Below are positions 1-15,116 of a DNA stretch of 64,000 bases, in pieces. Numbering within the stretch: the stretch's first letter is position 1; every line of letters begins with the position of its first letter. The notes under the pieces are model-generated. The model had not been told where the DNA came from, ran no database searches, and saw only the letters and a list, made by a program, of their open reading frames with translations. The position numbers and the translations under genes were made by a program. Origin of the DNA: Eledone cirrhosa (taxonomy: Eukaryota); the NCBI GenBank assembly GCA_964016885.1, contig OZ024742.1:237026001-237090000 (forward strand). Reading direction: 5' to 3'.

Positions 1-81
<81 letters not shown>

Positions 82-528
82 AGGAGTCTTAATTATGTTA
101 ACCTTCTTGTTACTATTAATCTAATATTCCAAAAAGCTATCAAAGAAATTTGGTTGATGTCTTTGGTATAAATACATTCTTTATTAACTTCCATATTTGA
201 TCAGATCAGAAATACAATAATCACGTCTTAAAGCTATCAAAGAACAATTCAGTGAAGTCTTTGGTATAAGTATGTTCTTTATTGGCTTCCATATTTGATG
301 AGACAAGAAATATAGTAATGACGCTTTATTGACATATCAATGAAACCGCCTGAATAGAATATTTCATATTCTATGAATAGAATATTTCATATTTCTTATA
401 GTTTCAATAGCATCTCTTTGATCCCCATTGAACGACGTGTAGAAGTAAATTGAAATAAGTAGATTTCGTATTTTTATTGGTGATTCACTACGTGTGTGTA
501 CATATATATATATACATACAGATATGAA

Positions 529-560
<32 letters not shown>

Positions 561-592
561 CATACATATAAGTATATATATATATATATATA

Positions 593-1934
593 TATTGTTA
601 TACTTGGGGAGGGTCATATTTGTGTAATAATATTGCCAGAATTAATAACAGAACACACTCACTGTTTGGTTGGTTTTCGCTTCTGTGTCTTTTATATCGG
701 TTAATTTAGTTTATTCGGGCCTCGATGTTACCATTGGCTGACCAACGGTAAAAAATACAGATACAATATAGACACAGACACATATATATAGTTTAACCAA
801 GTTCTTTCGTTGCACATCTGCAACATCGTCAGTGGTGCTATTAAGTTTCCTCCCGTTGTATTGTATGCCTACGCCATCTTTATTTAGTCTATTTATTTAT
901 TTATTTATTTATGTGTTTGTCTTCTCTGCTCATGCGTTTGCGTGTGTGTATAGTGTTTTGTTTGATGTGTGTTCGTGTTTGGGTGACTGTGTATTGGTTA
1001 TTGTATTCTATCTTAGTTTACTAGTGTGTGTTTATATGTGTTTGTTGTTATTGTGCTTGTGTATTTATTTATTTATTTATTTATACTTCTCTTAGGTCAG
1101 TTTTGTTTGTTTGGGGAACAAAAAGGACGAAAAACGGTTCAGTACTATACGAACATGCCAGACAACAACACGACGGTAACATAGACAACATAGAAATTAG
1201 AATAATATCTAAACATAGAAATGACCCAGCAGATAGGCAAATCAGAGAGGCCAGCGAAATAGAACTTAGAAGGTCAAGGCTAAACAGAAAAAAATGAATG
1301 GAATAACAACAACACCCAAACAAACAACACTGACCTAAGAGAAGTATTAATAAAGAAATAAATACATACACAAGCACAATAACAACAAACACATATAAAC
1401 ACACACTAGTAAACTAAGATAGAATACAATAACCAATACACAGTCACCCAAACACGAACACACATCAAACAAAACACTATACACACACGCAAACGCATGC
1501 GCAGAGAAGACAAAAAAAATAAATAAATAAATAAACAGACTAAATAATGATGGCGTAGGCATACAATACAACGGGAGGAAACATATTAGCGCCACTGACG
1601 ATATTGCAGATGTGCAACGAAAGAACTTTGTTAGACTATATATATGTGTTTGTGTCTATATTGTATCTGTATTTTTTACCGTTGGTCAGTGAATGGTAAC
1701 ATTGAGGACCGAATAAATTAAATTAACCGATATAAAAGACACAGAAGCGAAAACCAACCAAACAGTGAGTGTGTTCTGTTATTAATTCTGGCAATATTAT
1801 TACACAAATATGACCCTCCCCAAGTATAACAATACGTCTCATTCTACATTTCCTCTTACATCTCTCTCTTCACCACCGGATTCTGTTACCCGGAGATTTA
1901 CCCATCTGCATTGTTGAGGCTTCCAAAAACACCA

Positions 1935-1939
<5 letters not shown>
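593..1939 (+). mobile_element. 5'-truncated Penelope-like element remnant with inverted pseudo-LTR, inserted in (TA)n
   Basis: ~520-bp inverted arms 593-1115 / 1315-1834. The spacer encodes a GIY-YIG C-terminal tail (SVLYEHARQQHDGN...DRQIREASEIELRRSRLNRK, then EW after a frameshift). Each arm has an HHR-like core; (TA)n on both flanks. Confidence 0.85.
1591..1632 (+). ncRNA. hammerhead-like motif in PLE pLTR (mirror copy on minus strand at ~796-836)
   Basis: CTGACGA-T-(A/G)TTGCA-GATG-TGCAAC-GAAA. The minus copy has a perfect GTTGCA/TGCAAC stem II; the cleavage triplet is ambiguous. Confidence 0.65.
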
Positions 1940-1986
<47 letters not shown>

Positions 1987-2010
1987 ATGTGTGTGTACAT
2001 ATTTATATAT

Positions 2011-2064
<54 letters not shown>

Positions 2065-2074
2065 ATATATATAC

Positions 2075-2109
<35 letters not shown>

Positions 2110-2114
<5 letters not shown>

Positions 2115-2288
2115 GTGGTTACACAACAGTTAGTTCACCATACCGAGAACAATTGTTTCACCTTAGCGGATCCTCAGCTCGTAAAGTGAACTCGTATGGT
2201 GAACTAACTGTTGTGTAACCACTTCTACCTAACTCATCCCATGGACTTAGTGCTCTACCACTACGGATATTACCTTCCAGTGTTCTAC

Positions 2289-2292
<4 letters not shown>
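2110..2292. mobile_element. short PLE-type terminal remnant with inverted arms, in (TA)n
   Basis: Arms 2110-2143 / 2194-2227 enclose a minus-strand HHR. The 3' part (TAACTCATCCCATGGACTTAGTGCTCTACC) resembles the reverse complement of 33318-33366. Confidence 0.7.
2144..2181 (-). ncRNA. minimal type I hammerhead ribozyme
   Basis: rc: CGAG-CTGAGGA-T-CC-GCTAA-GG-T-GAAA-C-AATT-GTT-CTCG. Stem I CGAG/CTCG, palindromic stem III ACAATTGT, GUU triplet. Confidence 0.75.
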
Positions 2293-2341
<49 letters not shown>

Positions 2342-2371
2342 AATATGTATGTATATATATATGCCTATATG

Positions 2372-2406
<35 letters not shown>

Positions 2407-2639
2407 ATAATCCGTTATCCAGTGAAATCCAGAGATATGTTCCGTGCTCCGTTGAGTCAATCTTTTAGATACAGAGTCTGATATATGGGATATTAGTTTA
2501 ACAATGATAATAATAACAAAGACAAGTTATTGAATATGTAAAATAACTTTCCTTTGTTGTTATTATCATTGTTAAACTGATAACTAATATCTAATATATG
2601 TGTGTGTGCGTGAGTGTGTGTGTGTGTCTGTGTGTCTGT

Positions 2640-2696
<57 letters not shown>

Positions 2697-2957
2697 TGTG
2701 TGTGCGCGCGTGCGCGCGCGCGTGTGTGTGTGTGTGTATTTTAAACTTTTCTATCTGTCTCTGCATTTGAAGCTTTTCCCCTTTATCAGACTTTCTCACT
2801 TTCTATATCTTTTATGGTTGTAATGATGATTGTGGTGGTGGTAGTATTGGTGGTGATAGTGGTAGTAGTAGTTGTAATGATGGTGGTAGTAGTAGTAGTG
2901 AGAGTGGTGTGGTGGTGCTAATAGTAGCGGTGGTGGTAATGGACTTCTGTCAAAGTT

Positions 2958-3534
2958 TTGAAGCTCGTTACAAACATGAGGGCGTATTTTGGTGGAGACG
3001 AACAATCGTTATTAAGGAATTTAAACCCAGCACGGTTATGCAACGTAACTCGATTGGTTGTGAAAAATATGTATCCATATGTGATTCAAGCCATCGTATC
3101 AACAGGATGTGGCAGGGGAGATGATGTGTTCTTTCCAAGAATTCCTCTTATCTCCACTGATGTCCCATTTCAATTCAAACGACTTCAATTTCCAATGAAT
3201 CTTTCTTTTGCCATGACCATCAATAAATCACAAGGAAAAACACTCGCGGCTGCTAGTTTTCATGTTGAAGAGTCCTGCTTCACCCATGTTTAGCTTTACG
3301 CTGGATGTTCAAGAATAAGAAGTAAAAAAAAAAATCTTTACATTTATGGACCAGATAGAAAACAACAAACATTGTTTATACAAACATTATAAATTGACCG
3401 AATTAATAAATAAATCCGTCCTCATCAAGTGGACTAACCTTCTTGGGGGACATGGTGAGATATGGAATTTAGGAAATTGAAATAAAGACATATTATTGTG
3501 ATTTGTGCCCGGCAACGACGGGATACTCAACTAG
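2958..3534 (+). mobile_element. Helitron 3' remnant with Pif1-type helicase C-terminal pseudogene
   Basis: LLRNLNPARLCNVTRL...PRIPLISTDVPFQFKRLQFPMNLSFAMTINKSQG...CFTHV*LYAGCSR (Helitron helicase motifs V/VI); 3' hairpin GCCCGGCAACGACGGG at 3507-3522 and terminal CTAG at 3531-3534. Confidence 0.9.
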
Positions 3535-3733
3535 ATGAATTTTACTCATACATGGAAACCGGTAATACTTTATGTACTTTATGTACATTATAAAACCCTT
3601 TTTTTTAAAGAATTGTCCCTCTCATTTTTTCAATAATGTCACTTTGACGAATCAAAGATAGAAAAAAAAAAAGAAAGACAGACCCTAAAATATGTTTTCC
3701 GTGCTATTTCCAACTTCACCTTTTCTCTCTCTC

Positions 3734-3842
<109 letters not shown>

Positions 3843-4087
3843 TATAAGCCAACATGGAGGATGGCAACCATAATTGAATGTACTAACGTACATACAGTCA
3901 TACAAACAGGTATATGTTCATAACACAGACATGCATACTATAAATATAAAAACATCTTCAAAGTATTTACCATTTCTTCTACAAATGTACCAGTATACAC
4001 CTTACAACCATTAGTGTCTGTCCTTGGCAACAACATCTATAAATAGAATATTTGGAATAAATATCCTCTGGCCAGAACCTCAAATGT

Positions 4088-4183
<96 letters not shown>

Positions 4184-4715
4184 TACTTCTATTAGATCTT
4201 TGGAAAAAAATATCTATTGATAAACATATATTGCAGAATATATGTCGTTTTATTGCATTATATACTTTCCCTGAATTCAAATTCCGTTGAGCTGAACTTT
4301 GTCTTCCATTCTTTCCAGGTCGATAAAATACATACCAGTCCAGTACTGGGTTCGATTCGTTCTCTGCAGCGCTTTCTCGTTGTCTCTTTTCACTCTCTTT
4401 CCTTTTTTAGAAGAAATAGAACAGAAAAAAACGTTGGATATTTGTTCTGGGTTTATGCGTTCTGAGTTCAAATCCCACCGTGGTACACTTTGCCTCTCAT
4501 CCTTTCGTAGTTGATAAATAAAATACCAGATCGGTGTTGGTGCAGCCTTTTACTCTTCCAGCTGCCACACCCTCTTTTTTCCGCGGTGTAAATTGATGAA
4601 AGGAAGTAAAGGAAACCTAGACGATGTTTATAAATTCTATTAATCTCGTCTATCGTATTGTGTACTCATTCTTATGACCGTCAGTGTTAAATGTCTTTTA
4701 TATATATATATATAT

Positions 4716-6578
<1,863 letters not shown>

Positions 6579-7319
6579 GCTAAACATTGTTGCAATTCAA
6601 TTCAAGCACTCAACGTACTTTTTCCACATAGGAGTGACGGAGTAAATATCGAATAAGGAAAAGCGAAGTAGTTTCAGATGTTCAAGTCCTTTAATAATAA
6701 TGCTGTGATATATATTTCAATGACGACACTGGCCACACTGTTCTGTGTGCGAATGTCGTGTCATCATCAGACAGCTTGTTACATAATAAGGTTATGTTTC
6801 CGAGGCAACCCAAATTGAATCGACATGGGAACGGATGAAGTTCGTGCTTTTGGGTTTTTCATCCGTTCCCTTGTGAGTACCAATTCACCCCCACCGGTCT
6901 GCGCAAGCGCATGTCCGAAGGAAGTTGCCCATTAGCCACCGCAGATTTCAACGAAATTCGCTTAGTCAGTTCACCCTCTCAGCCAAAACAATGGCCCACC
7001 TATGCCCTACCAAAGTTTACTGCTACCCATCACGACTGTGGCAGTCAGCCGAAAGCCAGAGGGGATGGGAGGGTGTTAGTTTTTATAGGTCATAATACTA
7101 CCTTTCACTAAGCGTTGACAGTAAGACTGACCATCAACTCATAAGGGAAAATAAACTTAATTCTAGGTATCATGGTTTTACATTGTTAGTTAAGAGTGAG
7201 AGTCGGAAATAAAAATCAAAAATTAAAATCCTAAATCAAATATCAGAGATTATAAATTAAACAATTAAAAAATTAAAACATTTTTTGTTTAATTTATAAT
7301 CTCTGATATTTGATTTACA

Positions 7320-8030
7320 TCCTGTAATGGCTTTATATTTTGCATTTGTTGTTCATGGACGGCGTGGCAGCCGCTTAAATATTCAAAAATACCACTTTTA
7401 TACTCAAATTTCTACTTTTTCGGCTCTAGCTCCCACATTAATCAACCTACTTTGTTCAAATTTTACACTATGCTAGATCTGATTATTTGACGTCTGAAAG
7501 TGGCTTTACATTTTGGATTTTTTTAATTCAGGAACGGCGTGGCAGCCGCTTAAATATTCGAAAATACCACATTTTCGCTCAAATTTCCGCAGTACTAGCT
7601 CCCACATTTTTCAACCGATTTCGTTCAAATTCAAAACTTCGGCTCCACCTCACAGATAAATCAATTGTTTTGGTTCAACTTTTATACTACGATAGCACTT
7701 ATCATTGCACATCTTATAGATGGTCAAAAGCAAAACGATGGCCACTGACGTCGTCTGAGCTTTTAGTTGTGTATTTGAGAATTCATCGGTTTCCAATCAA
7801 GTAGCGTGAGGAAATTTGGCTTAGTGTTAGCGGTCATTACCTCCCTCCCCCAGCATGCCCCTTCGTCAGTCACCCGCGTTTCTCAGTGATAGAGGTCATC
7901 ACCACCCTCCCCCGCATAGCCTGTGTGTGGCCATAGATGAGTCATCGAGAAGCAGTCGCTAAGATCAACATCTTTTCATCAAAGCAGATATTATTTTACC
8001 TACCCAGGCAACGCTGGGTACTGCTGCTAG
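7320..8030 (+). mobile_element. non-autonomous Helitron (3' end clear, 5' boundary uncertain)
   Basis: 3' hairpin TACCCAGGCAACGCTGGGTA 8001-8020, then CTAG^T; internal direct repeat ACGGCGTGGCAGCCGCTTAAATATTC at ~7359 and ~7534. Confidence 0.7.
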
Positions 8031-8724
8031 TTTAAAATATGACGCAATTAGATTGGTCAAAAAAATAAAACAAAAATTGACCGTTATTCAGTTTATATGT
8101 TGCTTATATTCAATTAAAGTAGGTATTAAACCAAAAATATATATTATATCAAAGGAAAAAAAATTCTAGGAAACGAAAGAATTTGAATTACAAAATTTGT
8201 AGGAAATTATCTTGGTTTATGTATAATTTGATTTTGAAATTATATGAGTAGAAAAGTATTTAAAATAGATGAAAAATTGTAACGGAAAAAGATTATAACG
8301 GAAAAAAAACGGAGAAATATTAGTTAACTTATTTTGTCCAATAATCTAGATTTTCAAAATCAAGATAACAAAATCGCTTAAAAATTATATATAAAGGAAT
8401 AATACCTAATTTGTTATCTACTTATATATATAACCAGCAATTTCTATGTCTATCTGTCCGACAGTGGAAACACGTGCGTAGAGAGAGAGTGAGAATGAAA
8501 GAAAGAGACAGACTACGAGAGGGGGATAGCGGGAGGGAGAGAGGGAGAGAGAGAGAGTGAATAGACGCTAAAACACGTGCTACAGAAATATTACTTTCCC
8601 CTTCCTTTCTCCACTTTGGTACTACCAAGAGAAACACTGTCGCTATAGAAACATTACCTTCCCCTCTCCACTGACTTTGGTCACTGAGGCCGAGGGAATC
8701 GCTGGTTGCTATAGAGACACCTTG

Positions 8725-9178
8725 TCTATATATATATAACTGATGTTGTCTGTGTGCGTGTCCTCATTTTTGCAAAGTCTATACAAATCCACATTTCTAC
8801 TCCGATTGACTTCAAACTTGCATTTATATATTCCTTGGGGTCTAAAGATATTAACTGCAGCTTTTATTTTTCAATTTTCTGTTGTTAAAGGGGTGTTAGG
8901 CGCCGGTTATCCATCTCCGTCGCGCTCTTATAATATTTTTCTGTATGCCTGGCTGTCTGCATTACGACATTCTGACGAACATTGATGACGTATTATGTTC
9001 GCTATTATCCGTTCATTGCCAGGGAACGTCTTCACGAACCAAAGTATCGTCTTCCAGTTTTCCTTCGGTTGCAACGTTTTTCGAAATATTTACTTCTGCG
9101 TTCACAGATTGATGTTTTTAGTTTCAGAAGATCCCGTTAAGGGTGAAAGCAACGATTCTTTGCTTAAACTTTAATCTG

Positions 9179-9235
<57 letters not shown>

Positions 9236-9857
9236 TGAGGAAGGATGTATGTATGTGTGTGTGGGGGGGGGGGGGGGGCCGAGAAGTACCCAACCAATCT
9301 TTTTCAAATTTTACATGTGCATTACTTATATTTCAGGGAGTGTTATGCACATAAAAAATTCAACTTTTTGATCCCCTAGGACCCGCACTAGGTGAAAAAC
9401 TGCGTTTTTTCCAACTTTTTGTGGGTTTTTTGAGGCGTTACGTCAGACTGATTTCCTTGAAATTGTAAATATGTATTAGTCAGTCTCTTCTTCATACTGT
9501 GAGCAAAGAAAATCCAACATTTTTATGGCCTAGGGCCCGCATTAGATGAAACACTTCATTTTTTTCAGCTTTTTAGGGCTTTTTTGAGGCGTTACATCTA
9601 GCCGATTTTCCCGAAATTTCAAGGCATATTATGCACATAAAAAAAATTCATTTTCTTGATCCCCTAGGGCCTGCATTAGGTGAAAACCTGTCTTTTTCCT
9701 GCTTCATCGAGGAAAATCTTAGATTATCCAGCCATCAGAATATTCGGTTTATTTTCTTTACATATTTTCCAGGCATGCAGTTTTTCCACGATTAGGTCTG
9801 TTGACGGTCCGCGTTCCAAAATACCTTATCCCGTGCAACGCCAGGTACCACTGCTAG
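8725..9857 (+). mobile_element. non-autonomous Helitron(s), nested
   Basis: 5' end TCTATATATATATAACTGATGTTGTCTGTGTG at 8725; second 5'-like end ~9220; ~120-150-bp internal repeats containing CCTAGG(A/G)CC(C/T)GCA at 9375, 9529, 9663; 3' CCCGTGCAACGCCAGG...CTAG^T at 9857. Confidence 0.7.
9125..9185 (+). mobile_element. PLE-type 3' terminus fragment, family also at 14661-14818 and 32335-32516
   Basis: The three loci share AAGGGTGAAA...GATTCTTTGCTTAAAC...ATCTGTTATTT running into (TA)n. An HHR-like CAGAAGA-T-CCC-GTTAA-GGG-T-GAAA is present here and, with one stem change, at 14661. Confidence 0.6.
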
Positions 9858-10200
9858 TTTTTTTATAAAGCTTAACTAAGAACTCTAAACGTTTTCGATA
9901 ATAGGTGGAGATAATTAAAAATTACATATAAAGGAATGTTCTCTATTTTGTTATCTATTATAAAGCTTAACTACAAACCCTATGAAACGTTTTCGATAAT
10001 CGGTGGAGGCACGAATTGAATTAAAATTCGTGCCTCCACCGATTATCGAAAACGTTTAATTATTAATAAACGTTCGATAATCGGTGGAGGCATGAACTTA
10101 AATTCGTGCCTCCACCGATTTATTAATAATTAATAATTAATAATTAATTTTCTATTATTAAGAATATAAATAATTTCAGTGGTACAGAGGTCACAACACT

Positions 10201-10212
10201 TAGTAGTAGTAA

Positions 10213-10283
<71 letters not shown>
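10201..10283. repeat. (TAG)n microsatellite
   Basis: Direct reading. Confidence 0.95.
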
Positions 10284-10749
10284 ATTAATAATTGGTGGTA
10301 GAGGTTGTGTTGGTGTTGGTTGCCATGGTGTTGCTGCAATATATATTTTTGTGGGTTCTGATGTTGCTGATATTGTTGTTGTTTAACTCCAGGTGAACCC
10401 TAATTCAGCACACCTACAATTAAAGACATTCCATTCGTGACCATCCCATAGTTTTCTGTACTGTGAACTACATATTCTAATCTATCATTCTTTATTTGAG
10501 GCGGTAAATGAGATATTTGGTTGCTTATTGATGTTTAGTCCTAGGCCAAACTTTATTTAGCTGACCTATGATCAAAGACATTCCGACGGAGACCAATCCG
10601 TCTTTTTCCTGTGTATTGTTAACCCGCAGCCACATTATCCAACTCGTTTTCTGCTACGACTATATAGTATGATTTGAGATTTGGCAACTATTTTTGTAAG
10701 GTCGAGCGATTACATAAAATGTCATTCGCTTCTTGTTGTTATATATTGG

Positions 10750-10940
10750 GTTGGCAGAATCGTTAGAGCTTCGGAGAAATAACTTTATTTATTCGTTTCT
10801 TTTTTTACGTTCTGAGTTCAAATCCCACCTAGGTCAACTTTGCCTTTCATCCTTCCGTAGTCGTTAAAATATCAGTACCAGTCAAGTACTGGGATATATA
10901 TAATCAACTTTCCATTCCCTTAAATTGCTAGCCTTAGAAA
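10750..10940 (+). mobile_element. tRNA-derived SINE, degenerate. Similar copies at ~4400-4530, 11290-11420(-), 29870-30020(-), 30860-30975, 41030-41170, 42570-42700(-), 45900-46030(-), 46130-46270, 57220-57410, 59640-59780(-)
   Basis: A-box TGGCAGAATCGT, B-box GAGTTCAAATCCC, body GGTCAACTTTGCCTTTCATCCTT...AGTACCAGT. Confidence 0.8.
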
Positions 10941-11195
10941 TCACTATCATTATTATTGTTGTTGCTGTACAGACATTAGTTTGGGATTTTTACAGCCGGA
11001 GAAAAAAAAATTATTTTTGAATAATTTTCTTTCGGGAAATCCTTCTAGAATACTTTGGATGTCTCTCCAGACCAGAGAAGACATAAAATCTGTCAGTGTT
11101 GGACATTTTAAAACAAAATTCTGTTTTGTTTACATTCATCCTAAGATGGCTTCGTAAAAACAAAACTAAATTCAAATGAACGCAACTGCACAAAA

Positions 11196-11229
<34 letters not shown>

Positions 11230-13008
11230 ATACATCAAGAATTTGATAGTTAATAATGGTTTCTAATCTAGACAAAAGGCTAGAAATTTCGGAGAGAGAA
11301 ATAAGTTGACTACATCGAGCCAGTGCTTTACTGGTACTTTATTTTATAAACCCAATATAAACGAATAGTAAATTTGACATCGATGGTATTTGAACTAGGA
11401 ATGTAAAGAATTTGTCTACATTCTTACGATCCTGCCAGTTCAGAACAACAACAACGCACATTTTATCGACGGAAAAAGATGGGAATATCAGGGTTTTTTC
11501 TGTCATTAACGTCACTAGTAACATATAGGTACTGGACATCGTCATCTAACAGAGAAAAAATTGCTTGGCAAACATATATGACTAGGAATAGTGCGTTTTT
11601 ACAAAAACTTACCACCTAAGTGCGAAAGGGAGACAAGCCACTTATCACTGTAACACCAAGAGCGAAGAAGGTTTTCTTATGCTCTCAAGGGAACAACTGG
11701 AGCCGTATCTGATGTGTAAAGTGATATCTCCGCTATCGGTCGAGTTTTTATGGAACCGTATGAATAGTTTTTAAAACTGAATACGGGCGAAGAAGCAAGC
11801 CAAACTAGTACGCTACACACATACTCATAGACAGGTAACACAATATACGGGATAACACACTTCCAGGGTCACACGAAGGATGTTGGTAAACCTCGTTGGT
11901 CCTAGATTTCGTGTTATCTTTGTGACAAAGTATGAGCAGATGGTGAGTATCGAGGGAATCTGGTCCCCATTAGTACATTCAGGAAATCCAGTCCTTACTA
12001 GCCAGACAGTTGGAACTGCCTGAGTACGTTTGTGCGACATTTGTACACCCACTCCTTTGTATGTGACTTTCACACAATTCAAGAGTGGTAGTTTTCAGTT
12101 GATTATAATCATGTGTGGTTGTGTGGAGGTGGATTGACATGGTTGTTAGCGCGTTGAGACAAAATGCCTTGTGTTTTTTTTTTCCTGCTCTATACAAATT
12201 ATTCAAATGTCATTGATGTAAATTTTGCCTTTCACCCTTTTGGTATCGATAAAATAAAGTAACTGCCTAGGGATGGAGGTTGGCGGAATTGTTAGAGTTT
12301 TGGATGAGATGTCTTGTGGTGTTTTGTGTTCAGAGATCTTGGGTAGTAGATTTAATCCATCGCCCGATTTAACTCCACCAATAGTTCTTAGTCAACTTTA
12401 TTGCAAGTATTCGGGTCAAGTCTACAGTTTGAAGACACTACCAACAAATAAATTAGTAACACTTACATACAACCTCAAAGTACAATTCTATTACAATTCC
12501 AACCACTTCTTTCATAAAACCACCAACATCTAAATACTCTTCCAGTGTCCTTTAAATAACACGTAACACGTTAAACAAAGAAACGACATCAACAGGCATC
12601 ATTCCTTAAAATTCAACCTTTTACTTAAAAGATACAAAAACAACAAATGACTTTGCTACCTTACGAGATCAAATACTAAAAGTTCAGTGGTTTCTGCTGT
12701 TGACAGTTGAAGCGCGAATGCTAAAATTAATGTTCAATTGATTGGAATTGAATTTGCTCTTTACAATTTGGTCTTAAAATATTTCTTACAAACTATGTGA
12801 TGGTGATGAATTGATGTGTGGACATGGATATGGGTGTTAAGGAGATCATTTCTTTACTATGTGGTTACGTGATCGATCCCTCTACACGACACTACACTTT
12901 ATGTGTTTTCTACCATAATTGCAGATCAACCAAAGCCTTGCAAGTAAACTTTGGTGAATGGTGACCGGTACATATTGATGTATATGATGTATATGTACAC
13001 ACACACAC

Positions 13009-13078
<70 letters not shown>

Positions 13079-13369
13079 AATAAGAGTAGTTAAGGCGGAC
13101 TTATTTCTGCGTATTGCATGATATTTCTGTTATATGCTTATTCATGTGAATTCAGCAGATGCCTACGTAATCATAGGTGTAGTTATGCAATCATTGGGAT
13201 ATGCTGCTAGTCACGTATGATAATCCTGCTGCCATCACTACAGAATAGTTATACATAACCAGCAGCAGATCCCAATGATTGCATAACTGCACATATGAAT
13301 CCGTAAGCATCTGATGAAATCACGTAACAGAAATATATATCATGCAATAAACAATTATGCTGAAATAAT

Positions 13370-13554
13370 TGTTTCTACTTTAGGCACAAGGCCAGCAATT
13401 ACCCAGTGCATTACTGGTACTTTATTTTATCGACCCCGTAAGGATGAAAGGCAAAGTCAACCTCGGCGGGATTTGAACTCAGATCGTAAAGGGACATAAC
13501 TATGCTGGAAAGCATGGCGTCCGACCCTCTACCGATACTGCCAATCCACCGCCC
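13370..13554 (-). mobile_element. young tRNA-derived SINE with 17-bp target-site duplication
   Basis: Full-length reverse copy of the 17.2-kb unit; AATTATGCTGAAATAAT at 13353-13369 and 13555-13571. Confidence 0.9.
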
Positions 13555-13861
13555 AATTATGCTGAAATAATCCCGTCTTATTTGATAAATGAATACTCCG
13601 TCACTCATAATCACCAAGTCTTACCTGGGATAAACCACTGACGTGAAGTCCTTTTGGATCACTCGGACCGGCTTATCCTCGAGAATTTACGACGTAACAA
13701 CTACTTATAAGCACATTCCTCCGAAACTATATATATATGTGTGTGTGTGTGTGTGGGTGTGTGTGTGCGTGTGTGTAAAAGGTAAACAGAAATAACAACA
13801 CAAACGGTACAGTGTATGGAAGGAATATATGAGGTTAACGCTTGAAATAGTAAGAAGAGGA

Positions 13862-13897
13862 TCTTCACGTTTCGGACGCTAGTCCTTCATCAGAAGA
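13862..13897 (-). ncRNA. minimal type I hammerhead motif in PLE 3' remnant (~13777-13960)
   Basis: rc: TCTT-CTGATGA-A-GGAC-TAGC-GTCC-GAAA-C-GTG-AAGA. Stem I TCTT/AAGA; the triplet reads GUG, so this copy is probably inactive. Confidence 0.8.
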
Positions 13898-14045
13898 AAG
13901 AATGAGAAATAAGGTAGATTGAAGGGACGGTCCGGATATATTATAGATAGATATTAGATTAAGGAATTGATGTTAGTCCTAATTTCGGATTTAGGTGGAA
14001 GAGGAAGAAACAAAATAACCCTAGATGTTTTATATAAAATGCTCG

Positions 14046-14080
<35 letters not shown>

Positions 14081-14099
14081 TGTTTGTCTGTCTGTCTGT

Positions 14100-14156
<57 letters not shown>

Positions 14157-14803
14157 CCTGCTTGTGTGCGTGTGTATGTGTGTGTTGCTTTTAGTTTATT
14201 GACTAACATAAGCCAGAAATAACTGACTGACATTTCAGCCTGCAGCAGGGCCGGCCAAATAGGTAGTCGCCTACGACGCAGGTCATGGAGTGGCGCATTA
14301 CTGAATCGTATAGTGTCGCTATTTTATACAAATGTGTATGATTATATAAAATATAATATTTTTTAGAATATTTTATTTTTATTTGTTTAAACATACCAAA
14401 AAAAGAGCAGTACAGGAAATAACTATAAATGCCACAAAGGAAAGGAAAAGGAGGTGAAGAGCAAAGGCAATATTTGGTGGTAATCTTTTTGAAATATTTG
14501 CTTTTGCGTACATAGATAGATTTTTCTCAGTTTTAAGATGACCCCGCTTAGAAATTGTTTGCTAAAACTTTTAATTTTACTAATAATAAACGTTTACTCT
14601 ACGGGTTTATATAATTATATAATTATATAATTATATAATTATATAATTATATAATTTTATCAGAAGATCACGTTAAGGGTGAAAACAGTGATTCTTTGCT
14701 TAAACTTAAATCTGTTATTTTAATAAATATTTGCTCTAGGGTTCTTATATATTTGATATATATTTATCCTTATCGAACCCTCTTTCGATTTTAGTCTTCA
14801 CAT

Positions 14804-14922
<119 letters not shown>

Positions 14923-14962
14923 GTCCGCTTTGGAATTTGGTTTTCGTATTTATTACTACTAC

Positions 14963-15013
<51 letters not shown>

Positions 15014-15116
15014 AAATTAAATTAAAGCTGTCATGTCTGAGAATATCAGAAACATGCGCCATATCACTTATAGAATAAGCTCACAGATTCTAAGGAATAG
15101 ATCCGACCATTTATTG

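Noticed and set aside
11600-12080. Possible host exons near splice-like motifs (ACTTACC at 11607, GGTGAGT at 11942)
   Set aside because: Candidate exons contain stops or give no recognisable protein.
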